IMG/VR virus record: IMGVR_UViG_2778261152_000005
Location: 1 to 57,958 of that record
Length of the DNA: 57,958 nucleotides
Source of the DNA: a virus
Lineage: Duplodnaviria; Heunggongvirae; Uroviricota; Caudoviricetes
Direction: 5' to 3' (one strand)
Numbering within the stretch: the first letter of the stretch is position 1; each line of letters starts with the position of its first letter. Both the position numbers and the translations under genes were made by a program. The notes under the pieces are model-generated. The model ran no database searches, was not told the origin of the DNA, and was given only the letters and a program-made list of their open reading frames with translations. Shown piece by piece: positions 35,029-43,330 of this stretch.

Positions 35029-35259
35029 TTACGCCCCCAGAGTGTTTTTCTGCTGCGCTGCCTGCGCGCCAGAGGACAGCAGAGAGCTGCCAGAATCAGC
35101 TGCACCCTCTGCACCACTGGCGAGAAGGGACGAGCCTTTCTTGCGCTTCTTGCGCGCTGCTGCATCTGCGTTTGCCGCTTTTGCCGCTGCGTCGGCAGCT
35201 GCATCCGCTTCGGCCTGCGGGTCGGTCTGTACGACCTTAGGTGCTCCACCTCCACACAT
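35029..35259 (-). CDS. small Ala-rich low-complexity protein
   Basis: 76 aa (MCGGGAPKVV…), ending 4 nt before the portal start. Confidence 0.4.
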   Translation of the reverse strand: MCGGGAPKVVQTDPQAEADAAADAAAKAANADAAARKKRKKGSSLLASGAEGAADSGSSLLSSGAQAAQQKNTLGA

Positions 35260-35271
35260 AGCGATCCCCTC

Positions 35272-35691
35272 TTAGCCCGGAACGTGCCAGCCGTGCTCAG
35301 TCAGAACGGGCTTACCCGTAACCGGCTGGCGTTTGCCCTCGTCGTTCGTCACGTAGCCCAGCGGCGCGGCAGGCTCCGCCGTGGTGGCTTTTTTGACGAG
35401 CTGGAGGAATTCGATATTGTCAGTGAGCTGCTGGTCAGCCAGGTCGGTGTACCCCAGCGTTTCAAAGCGGGCGATGATGGCCGCGCCCTGCTCGTTGATG
35501 GTACCCAGCAGAGTATTGCGCTCAGTGAGCGCGGCATCGTCCAGCAGGGTAGAAACGCGCTGCTGGATAACTTCCTGCTCAGCACGGGGCTTCTCCTGCG
35601 TTACGCCTTCACCGGTGGTGTCTGAAATCAGGTCTGCGCCCGTTGCGGACTCCTGCCCGGGGACTTCAACAGTTTTCTTCTGTCGTGCCAT
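35272..35691 (-). CDS. hypothetical protein, first gene of the late operon
   Basis: 139 aa from the ATG at 35691, with an AGGAG SD 9 nt upstream. The track ORF's extra 22 codons cover the palindrome motif and are probably not translated. Confidence 0.5.
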   Translation of the reverse strand: MARQKKTVEVPGQESATGADLISDTTGEGVTQEKPRAEQEVIQQRVSTLLDDAALTERNTLLGTINEQGAAIIARFETLGYTDLADQQLTDNIEFLQLVKKATTAEPAAPLGYVTNDEGKRQPVTGKPVLTEHGWHVPG

Positions 35692-35739
35692 TGTGGTGGC
35701 TCCTGTGATGATTGAGCCGTAAGTGTGAAACGAGGTCGC

Positions 35740-35755
35740 GGTCGGAATCCCGACC
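35740..35755 (-). repeat. late-region palindrome, copy 5
   Basis: ggtcggaatcccgacc, about 50 nt upstream of the first late-gene start. Confidence 0.6.
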
Positions 35756-35968
35756 AAATGGAAGATTTGTTAAAAAACGGCCTGATTTAACATAATGTAC
35801 GTTATCGGCACCGCGCGATCGGCACTCGTTACCGATTTAGCGTGAAGAGGTTATTTGTTGCGGTTTGCTGGCGGGAAGGGACGAAAAATGACTGCATAAA
35901 TCGTGCATAAAACAGGGCGGTTTTTGCATAGTGTTTTTAACCGATGAACGCCCTGTTTTTGCAAGTTT

Positions 35969-36244
35969 TCATGGTGCCAGACGCTTCGATCGCCAGGCGT
36001 AAACGAAACGCCGTGATGTTACCTGCGCGGGCAGTTCGGAGCGTGGGCGCTGCGTGACGTAACACCAGAAGTCTATCAGCGCTTCGCCTGTGTGGTGGTT
36101 CGGTGCTGCGCCCTGCTTCCAGCCGATGATAGCAGACTTCGACACGTCGAGCTCTCTGGCAATCTCCTGCAGGGGAATACCGCTGCGCGTGATGTCGTTA
36201 ATCACCCGGAACCAGTCTGTTTTGAACGTTGCGACAACAGGCAT
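35969..36244 (-). CDS. HTH DNA-binding protein (candidate late regulator)
   Basis: 91 aa with an HTH (…SGIPLQEIARELDVSKSAIIGWKQG…). It lies between the origin and the late operon. Confidence 0.55.
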   Translation of the reverse strand: MPVVATFKTDWFRVINDITRSGIPLQEIARELDVSKSAIIGWKQGAAPNHHTGEALIDFWCYVTQRPRSELPAQVTSRRFVYAWRSKRLAP

Positions 36245-36378
36245 AGGTCACCCCCCAAAACGCGCGCACGCGCGAGCATAGAGAGCGATTTTATTGAGCT
36301 TCTGGCGCTCGTTAATCACCGTGGTGGAATCTAATCGTGTTTGCATATCGCTACCCGCAATAAATTACTTGTTCGACG

Positions 36379-36558
36379 TGTAACCACCTGTAACCACTGT
36401 AACCACCATCTTCTTAACCTTTCCCTGAACGACTTATATATATATATGGGGTTTTTAGAAAATAGGTGGTTACAGTGGTTACAGTGGTTACAACCCTTTA
36501 AATTCAATTAGTTAAAGCGTAACCACCTAAGCGTTGTAGGTGGTTACAGGTGGTTACA
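36379..36558. promoter_or_regulatory. putative replication origin of prophage B: nine copies of a 9-mer around a (TA)n unwinding element
   Basis: TGTAACCAC occurs three times (36379-36406). tatatatatatat follows at 36435-36447. GTGGTTACA, the inverted form, occurs three times (36466-36492). gtaaccac is at 36519. GTGGTTACA occurs twice more (36540-36558). The region sits at the 3' end of the primase-helicase gene. Confidence 0.65.
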
Positions 36559-38721
36559 CAGATACCCAAACGCGTTGCACTTTGCCGTTAACACGCCTCA
36601 AAACTCGCGAATAGCCGCAATTTTGCAAAACATTGCTAATTCGCATTTCTTCACGTTTTCCGATGTGGCTGGGATTTAAGCCAATCGCATCGCGCAGGAC
36701 GTCACTAGCGCGTAAAAATTCGCAATTTCGCGGAATGTCGTTAGTCATCAGGTCTGGAGTGTCGAGCCATTTCTCTACCGTTTCGAGCCACGCATCCTTA
36801 ATGGTGTACTGCTCGTGGACACTCGCACCGAGCCGCTCAGCGTCGCGGAACTGGATACCGCCGAGGCGCTTAAACGTCTCGCGAGCCTCAGCCCACAGCA
36901 GCAGCAAATCGCGCTTAATGGCCTGCACATCGACTTTCGACACCTCAACGGGCAACCATCGGCGGTTACCGGTCTTGTCCGCGAGGAACTCATCCTCGTT
37001 GGTGGTACCGACGAACACCAGGCGACGCGGGAACTGCGTGGCGAACTCCCGGTATTTGGGGATCCAGTTCTCATGCGTACGCGTCACGAATGCCTTGATG
37101 GATTCCAGCTCTTTGGTATTGAGGCCGCGCAGCTCGCCAATCTCAGCCACCAGGCGCCCGCGCATCTTGCGTGCGAGATCGTCGTCTTTCTCAGCGAAAG
37201 AAATCTCAGTGAAGAACGCCGGATCGGGGCTCAGCGCTTCCACGCCGGAGGATTTACCGCAGCCCTGCGGACCGACGAGGATCGGCACCATATCGGCTTT
37301 AACTCCGGGCTCCAGCACCCTGCCCGCCAGCGCAGTCCACATGTACATGGATACTGCGCGGGTGTATGGCGTGTCGGCGGTACCGAAGTGCGTATGGTAG
37401 AAAGTTTCGATACGCGGTACGCCGTCCCACTCCAGCCCGTTCAGCCAGGTTGTCGCCGAGTCAAACGGCTGTTCGTCAGCAGCCAGCAGCACCACGTCGC
37501 GAATGAGCTCGCGCCCCACAGGTTTAAAGCCGCGCTTTTCCATCGTGATGCGCAGGCGCGCATAGTCCGCATCGGTGAACGCCTGCCACTGGCCGGAGCC
37601 TGCCGGGGCGAACATGATTTCGTCGCGGAACTGGTCAAAGCGGATATCTATGTCCACAAAGTCAGGACGCACAACGGCTTTGGCCGCGTTGCTGATAGTA
37701 GCCTCGATGCGGCCCCACTTATCGCGTTCGAACGCCGGCAGCGGTAACGGCTCGGCCACTTCGGTGCTGGTCAGGTCTTCGAAATCGTCGTTACGAATAC
37801 CGATGGCGTTAAGGAAATCGCCGTCATCGCGGTGCGCACAGCTGGCGTGCAGGCACTTGAAATGGCCCTGCTCAAAGCCCGCGGTACCGCCCGGGAAGTA
37901 AACTGTGCTCGTCGGGTCGCCGCCGGTGCTGTGGCCGTCTTCGAACGGGCAGCGGATGTATCGCTCGCCGTTCGCACCATCAAGCAGCGTCCAGCCATTG
38001 GCATCGAGGTATTCCGCCGTATCGTCCGTGGCACCGGGCGTGAAGGTTGAACGGTCGCGCATCTTCGTGCTGCCCGCTTCGGTGGTGACTGACACAGGCA
38101 GCTGTTCCGCCAGGCGCTGCCACAGCGTTTCGAGCTGGTCAGCAGTTATGGCTGGAGGCTCGCCCGGCAGACCGCCGTCCCATTCAATACGCGCGCCGCT
38201 GCTATGCGTACCACAGGCAACGAACTGCTGCCCGTTCGCCAGCAGCTCGATAATCCCCATATCACCCGCCAGACGGTGGATGCGCTTACGGAAATCGCCG
38301 TCAACGGCCAGCAGGTACAGGCATTTGTTGCTGTTGGCGCGCCAGCGACGCGGCGGCAGCTCGCCCAGCGCTGCACCAGCGTTTTGCGAATATCGGCCTG
38401 GACGTCTTCGTCTTCGCTGTCGCAGTCCAGCGCAAGCCAGCCATGACCTGTACGCACGCAGATGCCGTAATCCGGTTCGTTTGACCAGCGGGCAAAGTCA
38501 TGCTCAGTGACTACATGCTCGGTCCAGTCTTTAATCCCGGTAGCCAGGCGGTCGCGGTTATACAGGCTCGGCGTTTTGCCGAGCATTTTGAGTTTGCTAT
38601 TCGGGGATATGGTAGCGCCCGGGTTGCACATGACCGGCAGCAGCTGGTCAGTACGCCCCAGCACCAGATCGAAGTGGAACCATTCGTCAGGCGTCGCCCC
38701 CCAGATCTTTTTCTCTGGCAT
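36554..38721 (-). pseudogene. bifunctional primase-polymerase / D5-VirE-type helicase, disrupted by a frameshift near 38368-38376
   Basis: The N-terminal prim-pol ORF (38146-38721) reads sensibly to …DVQADIRKTLVQ and then becomes nonsense. The sensible continuation …ALGELPPRRWRANSNKCLYLLAVDGDFRKRIHRLAGDMGIIELLANGQQFVACGTH… lies in another frame, that of ORF 36554-38260. That ORF carries the Walker A GPQGCGKSS. Adding one nucleotide in gtgcagcgctgg would restore a single ORF. Confidence 0.7.
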
Positions 38722-38724
38722 GGG

Positions 38725-38937
38725 TTACGCCTTTTTATCGTTTTGTGAGCCGTGCAGCAGCCAGTTGGGGTCGCAATCAAGCGCAACGGAAATTTCAAGA
38801 AGATAACGCGGGCGGGAGATAACACCACTTTCGATCCTGTTGATGGCCTGCTGACTAACCCCTGTTAGCTCAGCCAGCGTGACCTGCGTCATTTTGAGTT
38901 CCTTACGTCGCTCTTTTAATCGGGTAGCCAGAGTCAT
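38725..38937 (-). CDS. Cro-like XRE-family HTH regulator
   Basis: 70 aa from the ATG at 38937, with a GAGG SD. The HTH is MTQVTLAELTGVSQQAINRIESG. It is divergent from the S24 repressor gene. The track ORF starts at a TTG at 38955. Confidence 0.75.
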   Translation of the reverse strand: MTLATRLKERRKELKMTQVTLAELTGVSQQAINRIESGVISRPRYLLEISVALDCDPNWLLHGSQNDKKA

Positions 38938-38964
38938 AGTTATTACCTCATACAATTTTAGTGG

Positions 38965-39033
38965 TATTTAGCAACAACTAATGGTGTTTGTCAAATACAA
39001 CAAAAATTGTATTTAATAGAGGAAGGCTATAAT
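38965..39033. promoter_or_regulatory. divergent promoters and palindromic operator of the immunity switch
   Basis: The minus strand carries TTGACA (38989-38994), 18 nt, then TAAATA (38965-38970). The plus strand carries a perfect TATAAT (39028-39033). The palindrome aaatacaa-caaaaa-ttgtattt (38993-39014) overlaps both -35 regions. Confidence 0.55.
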
Positions 39034-39057
39034 TTCAACTCATACAAGGTATTAAAA

Positions 39058-39681
39058 ATGTCTCTCTCAGCACGCTTTAAAGCCCGCCGTCTCGAACTAG
39101 GAATGACACAAGTAGAGGTCGCAAACGCTGCGGGGGTTAGCCAACAATCTATCGAGTCAATCGAAAGCGGAAGAACTCGAAAGCCACGTAACCTTTTAGA
39201 CCTGGCTAAAGCGTTAAAATGTAGCCCGGACTGGCTTCTGAATGGTAAAAACATCATGCCACTCACTGAGATCAGCACCCGAAGAATCCCTGTATTGAGT
39301 TATGTACAGGCTGGCTGCTTAACTGAAGCAAGGGAAGTTACCGATCTGACTGGGGATTTCGAGTATGTACTGGCAGACTCCGACGTACCAGAGACATGCT
39401 TCGCGCTGCGCATTGATGGTGACAGTATGCAGCCAGAATTTAAGGAAGGGGATATTGTAATTATTGACCCTGACTTATGCCCCACACCTGGAGAATTTGT
39501 CGTTGCCAAGAATGGCGGCCACGAAGCGACTTTCAAAAAGTATCGTCCTTTAGGGATTGGCATAGACGACTTCGAACTGGTGCCACTTAATCCTGACTAT
39601 CCGGTTTTACGTAGCGCCGACATGAAGTTGCAAATCATCGGGGTGATGATTGAGCACCGCATTTACCGCCGTAAACGCTAA
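39058..39681 (+). CDS. CI/LexA-like repressor (XRE HTH plus S24 autopeptidase domain)
   Basis: The HTH is MTQVEVANAAGVSQQSIESIESG. A VQAG cleavage-site-like motif is present. The S24 core is …LRIDGDSMQPEFKEGDIVIIDPD… with a downstream Lys (FKKY). The start is taken at the ATG at 39058; the track starts at a TTG at 39007. Confidence 0.85.
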   Translation: MSLSARFKARRLELGMTQVEVANAAGVSQQSIESIESGRTRKPRNLLDLAKALKCSPDWLLNGKNIMPLTEISTRRIPVLSYVQAGCLTEAREVTDLTGDFEYVLADSDVPETCFALRIDGDSMQPEFKEGDIVIIDPDLCPTPGEFVVAKNGGHEATFKKYRPLGIGIDDFELVPLNPDYPVLRSADMKLQIIGVMIEHRIYRRKR

Positions 39682-39697
39682 CAACCCTACCTTCTCA

Positions 39698-39716
39698 GGA
39701 GAGCCAATGGCTCTCC
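39698..39716 (+). terminator. stem-loop after the repressor gene
   Basis: ggagagcc-aat-ggctctcc lies 17 nt after the repressor stop. The U-tract is weak. Confidence 0.4.
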
Positions 39717-39768
39717 CCTATCTTACTTGTAAAATCTTACCAACTAAATTCATTTAAATATCAATAAG

Positions 39769-39841
39769 GTGGTATTCCTTTACTGAAAAATACCACATTT
39801 GTGGTTTACACAATACAACTCAAATTGTAGATTTAACCACA
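39769..39841 (+). promoter_or_regulatory. nested inverted repeats upstream of the early rightward operon
   Basis: gtggtatt-N12-aataccac (39769-39796) and tgtggtt…aaccaca (39800-39841) enclose acaat…attgt. The gtggtatt half-site also occurs at 38962-38969 in the switch region. Confidence 0.4.
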
Positions 39842-40110
39842 AGTCGAACGGCGCGACTCTAAACCATGCGTCGGAACCGTGGCGGGACAGGATGTCGGCA
39901 ATACGGGTTAGTGAATTAATCAAAGGCTTCGGGCCTTTTACTAATCCACTGAATGAGGCCACTCCTATGAGCAAACAAGAGTTAATCGGCTTTCTGATGA
40001 ACCGCTACAACGTTTCCTGGCGTGTGGCAGAAGATGCTTTAAGAGATAACGACTGGGGTCTGATGATGGCCGCCGGCGATATTCGCGACGAGCTGGCCGC
40101 CGAAGTTTAA
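39799..40110 (+). CDS. hypothetical small protein (start uncertain; likely 39892 or 39967)
   Basis: Only the C-terminal ~48 aa (MSKQELIGFLMNRYNVSWRVAEDALRDNDWGLMMAAGDIRDELAAEV) look protein-like, with a UBA/TS-N-like pattern. The 5' part overlaps the inverted repeats. Confidence 0.4.
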   Translation: MWFTQYNSNCRFNHKSNGATLNHASEPWRDRMSAIRVSELIKGFGPFTNPLNEATPMSKQELIGFLMNRYNVSWRVAEDALRDNDWGLMMAAGDIRDELAAEV

Positions 40111-40230
40111 CCATCCCCTGAATCATCCATTGCTGTGTGTAGTCTTTGCCCGCCTCCCATGACGGGCTTTTTTATACCTGAAAGCGCATTCAGTGCAGTG
40201 CGTTCCCCGACATGAAAAGGAGCACCACCG

Positions 40231-40377
40231 ATGAAACCTGAACACCTCCACCGGCTGACGGGGCGCGACGTGCTCCTTTATCGCCGAAAACAATTCGACA
40301 TCTTCACCGGTCTGGCCCTCGCTACTGCGTTCGGCCTGGCTATTACCTTCATTCTCCTTGTAGCGAGGACTGCTTAA
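40231..40377 (+). CDS. small membrane protein (48 aa), translationally coupled to the repeat protein
   Basis: MKPEHLHRLTGRDVLLYRRKQFDIFTGLALATAFGLAITFILLVARTA. An aaaaggag SD lies upstream. Its TAA overlaps the next ATG (TAATG). It is not in the track because it is under 60 aa. Confidence 0.55.
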   Translation: MKPEHLHRLTGRDVLLYRRKQFDIFTGLALATAFGLAITFILLVARTA

Positions 40378-41072
40378 TGCAAATCACCAAAGAACAAGTA
40401 AAAGCCTGGCATGCCTGTACTGATGGCTTCCGCTGGTTTCTGGATAAATTCCCGCAGGGCGGTGCGTATGCCGATGTGCATGGTGCACTGATCGCCGATA
40501 AGCGTTTCGATGACGCGCGCTGGCTGGTCGATAAGATGTACCGCACGCATCTGGATAAAGCTGAATTCATTCAGGCTGAAACTGCTACGACCGACAAAAT
40601 GGTCGGTGAACTCACCAGCATGGAACTTCCATCTGATCAGGAAGAGGGTGAGAACAGCTCCGGCAACTACGCCCGAATCGGCAGCTCCGGCTACGACGCC
40701 CGAATCGGCAGCTCCGGCTACGACGCCCGAATCGGCAGCTCCGGCAACTACGCCCGAATCGGCAGCTCCGGCTACGACGCCCGAATCGGCAGCTCCGGCG
40801 ACGACGCCCAAATCGGCAGCTCCGGCAACTACGCCCGAATCGGCAGCTCCGGCTACAACGCCCAAATCACCGCATCAGGTAAAGGCTCCGTTGTGGCTTG
40901 TGCCGGTAGCGTGCAGCGCATTGTTCTGGGCGAAAACGGCTGTGCATCAGTGCCGTGGCACGACGGGAAACGAACCCGCATTGCAGTGGCTTACGTCGGC
41001 GAGAACGGCATTGAAGCAAACGCCCCATATTACGTGAACGACGAAGGCCAGTTCGTCAAGGTTGAGGATTAA
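40377..41072 (+). CDS. hypothetical protein with eight tandem 9-aa SSG(N/Y/D)(Y/D/N)A(R/Q)IG repeats
   Basis: 231 aa. It has an N-terminal Cys/Trp motif domain (KAWHACTDGFRWFLDKFPQGG…), a central perfect-period repeat, and a C-terminal region (…VACAGSVQRIVLGENGCASVPWHDGKRTRIAVAYVGENGIEANAPYYV…). Confidence 0.65.
   Translation: MQITKEQVKAWHACTDGFRWFLDKFPQGGAYADVHGALIADKRFDDARWLVDKMYRTHLDKAEFIQAETATTDKMVGELTSMELPSDQEEGENSSGNYARIGSSGYDARIGSSGYDARIGSSGNYARIGSSGYDARIGSSGDDAQIGSSGNYARIGSSGYNAQITASGKGSVVACAGSVQRIVLGENGCASVPWHDGKRTRIAVAYVGENGIEANAPYYVNDEGQFVKVED
40656..40871 (+). repeat. 27-bp tandem repeat, 8 units, in frame within the CDS
   Basis: The unit agctccggc(aac/tac/gac)(tac/gac/aac)gccc(g/a)aatcggc is repeated head to tail. 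It generates the spurious antisense ORF 40374-40865. Confidence 0.9.
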
Positions 41073-41075
41073 TCC

Positions 41076-42011
41076 ATGAGCTTAGAAGCAAATCTCGAAC
41101 TTAACAACAAACTGCTGACGCAGCAGAACGAGCTGCAGGTGCGTAATATCGCTCTGCTGGAACAACTGGTGCAGTCCCTGACCTCTGGTGCATCACTGAG
41201 CGCCAGCACACCATTGCAGGTGCAGGAGTACCACGAATCAGCATCGGATACGGCCAAAGAGCAGACAAAAGCGCTGACGCTGGACGATCTGCAGTTTAGT
41301 GATGTTATCGCGATGGCCGGCTTCTACCCGGTGGCTAAACCTATTACCGCAGAAATGCTGCAACGCGCTATCGATTACCGCGATGCTGAAGGCGATAAGC
41401 GAGTCGTACAAATTGACGCTCTGGATTGCGCTTTGCAAGGGGTGAAGCGTGCAAAAGAACTCCATCAGCCCGCGCTGCTGGATCTCTCCCGTCATATTCT
41501 TAGTTGTTGGGACGATTTACCCACTATCGAATCCCGTCGTGACTTTGCCGAACGACTGCTGAATACGCCAAACGGCGAAAGGCATACGGTTCAGCCGAAA
41601 AAGGTCAACGGAAAAGGCCAACAAGCAGAAGAACGCTCCGGGCCGTTCTACTGCAAGAACGCCGATGGTTCCGCCGCCAGCGAACTCCATACCTTACGCA
41701 AGCTGAACGAGCTGCTTAAAAAGGGCCATATCGAGATCAACCGCGTTGAGTATCTCCAACTGCAGGAAGAATTCGCGCGTAAAGATGCAGCAAACAGCGG
41801 TAAGGATAAAGACGCCGGAACGGATGATACTCCTGATTTTTCTGCACTGCGTAAACAGGCTGAAGGGTTGATCCTCCAGTTGGCGAAGGGTGGTTACCGT
41901 GCCGAGGCTGTGGCGATTCTGGAGAAACAGGGAGCCAAAAAACTCGGCGAAGTTGCTGACGAGAATCTCGCAGACGTTATCGCTCAGGCTGAAAAAGCAC
42001 TGGAGGGTTAA
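41076..42011 (+). CDS. hypothetical protein
   Basis: 311-aa ORF, 3 nt after the previous stop and 2 nt before the next start. It is helical and charged with no recognisable motif. Confidence 0.6.
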   Translation: MSLEANLELNNKLLTQQNELQVRNIALLEQLVQSLTSGASLSASTPLQVQEYHESASDTAKEQTKALTLDDLQFSDVIAMAGFYPVAKPITAEMLQRAIDYRDAEGDKRVVQIDALDCALQGVKRAKELHQPALLDLSRHILSCWDDLPTIESRRDFAERLLNTPNGERHTVQPKKVNGKGQQAEERSGPFYCKNADGSAASELHTLRKLNELLKKGHIEINRVEYLQLQEEFARKDAANSGKDKDAGTDDTPDFSALRKQAEGLILQLAKGGYRAEAVAILEKQGAKKLGEVADENLADVIAQAEKALEG

Positions 42012-42013
42012 TT

Positions 42014-43315
42014 ATGCCAGACGTTCACGCACGACTTTCACCGTCTTCAGCGCATCGGTGGATGCGTTGCCCCGGTAGCCTGGCGCTGGAAGCCACTCAG
42101 CCAGACAAAGAAACGTCCTTCGCTTTAGAAGGTACCGCAGCGCATTCGCTTGCCGAAAAGGTGCTGCGCAACCGCCAGAATCACCCGGAACACTATGCGG
42201 GTTGCAATGTAGCGATGTTTCTCGGTTCTTATCCTCTTGCCGAGCTCCCGGATGATACTTCCAGCCCGCAGGTAGATGAGGAAATGGTCGAAGCCGTTGG
42301 CCGTTACGTCGACACCGTCTGGACGCTGTCGCAGGGTCATGAGCTCCTGGTCGAGCAGCGTGTCGACTTCTCCCACATCGTGGGGGTCGAAGAATCATTC
42401 GGCACCGCTGACGGCGTAATCATCGCAGGTAACGAGCTGCAGATCCACGACCTGAAATATGGTAAGGGTGTGCGGGTCGATGCCGAGCAGAACGAGCAGC
42501 TGCAGCTCTATGCTCTGGGCGCGCTTGAGCAGTTCAGCATGCTGTACGACTTTGAAACGGTGCGTCTGTTCATCCACCAGCCACGACTTAACCACGTTTC
42601 AGAGTGGGCGCTGACGGTGGAAGAACTCCAGGCGTTCGGCGAACGGGCGCAGGAAGCGGCGGCTAATGTGATCGTGATGTTCAACATTGCCGATTGCGAA
42701 GGCGTCGAAACCCTGCCGCTGGAAAACTTCACTCCTGGTGAAAAACAGTGCCGGTTCTGCAAAGCCAAAGCCGTCTGCACTGCACAGAAAATGCAGCACA
42801 TGCAAACAGCTGCCGGCGAATTCGAAGATCTGACAAAACCGGTTAGCGAAATCGTCACTGATGCCAGCTCACGCGTACCACTACTCACCATAGAGGAACT
42901 GGCGGAGATCTACAGCCAGGCCGACGCTATCGAATCATGGCTAAAGGCTGTGCGCGACCGGGTGAACAGTGAGCTGAACGCCGGGCATCCGGTACCGGGC
43001 TTTAAGCTGGTTACTGGCAAACAGGGCAATCGTGCCTGGAGCGATGAAGAAGCCGCCCGCGCGCTGCTGAAAGACCAGTTCCGTTATAAAACTGAGGAGG
43101 TTTTCGACCTTAAGCTGATTAGCCCAACCAAAGCCGAGAAGCTCATCAAAAAGGCCAGCCCTCGCCGCTGGACAAAGGTCGAAGCGCTGATCACTCGCGC
43201 TGACGGAAAGCCCTCCGTTGCACCTGAATCCGACCCGCGCCCTGCGCTAAATATCAACCCTGTTAACGATTTCGACGACTTGTCCGACGACGCGCTCGCC
43301 GCAGACCTCATCTGA
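42014..43315 (+). CDS. PD-(D/E)xK Cas4-like nuclease (DUF2800-type) with Fe-S cysteines
   Basis: The N-terminus [26 protein letters not shown] is typical of DUF2800. The DxK-type core is …HDLKYGKG…. The Cys cluster is C…[10 protein letters not shown]. Confidence 0.7.
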   Translation: MPDVHARLSPSSAHRWMRCPGSLALEATQPDKETSFALEGTAAHSLAEKVLRNRQNHPEHYAGCNVAMFLGSYPLAELPDDTSSPQVDEEMVEAVGRYVDTVWTLSQGHELLVEQRVDFSHIVGVEESFGTADGVIIAGNELQIHDLKYGKGVRVDAEQNEQLQLYALGALEQFSMLYDFETVRLFIHQPRLNHVSEWALTVEELQAFGERAQEAAANVIVMFNIADCEGVETLPLENFTPGEKQCRFCKAKAVCTAQKMQHMQTAAGEFEDLTKPVSEIVTDASSRVPLLTIEELAEIYSQADAIESWLKAVRDRVNSELNAGHPVPGFKLVTGKQGNRAWSDEEAARALLKDQFRYKTEEVFDLKLISPTKAEKLIKKASPRRWTKVEALITRADGKPSVAPESDPRPALNINPVNDFDDLSDDALAADLI

Positions 43316-43330
43316 TTAAGGAACGACTCC

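Noticed and set aside
16956-35755. Reading the five palindromes as T7-type phage RNA polymerase promoters
   Set aside because: No single-subunit RNA polymerase gene is present. The motif is a symmetric hairpin, unlike the asymmetric 23-bp T7-class promoters. It is kept as an unexplained regulatory or RNA motif instead.
40374-40865. 163-aa minus-strand ORF made of GVVAGAADS repeats, and the +1-frame ORF 40510-41037
   Set aside because: They are alternative-frame or antisense readings of the 27-bp tandem repeat. The plus-strand frame 40377-41072 has non-repeat flanking domains, an SD context and translational coupling.
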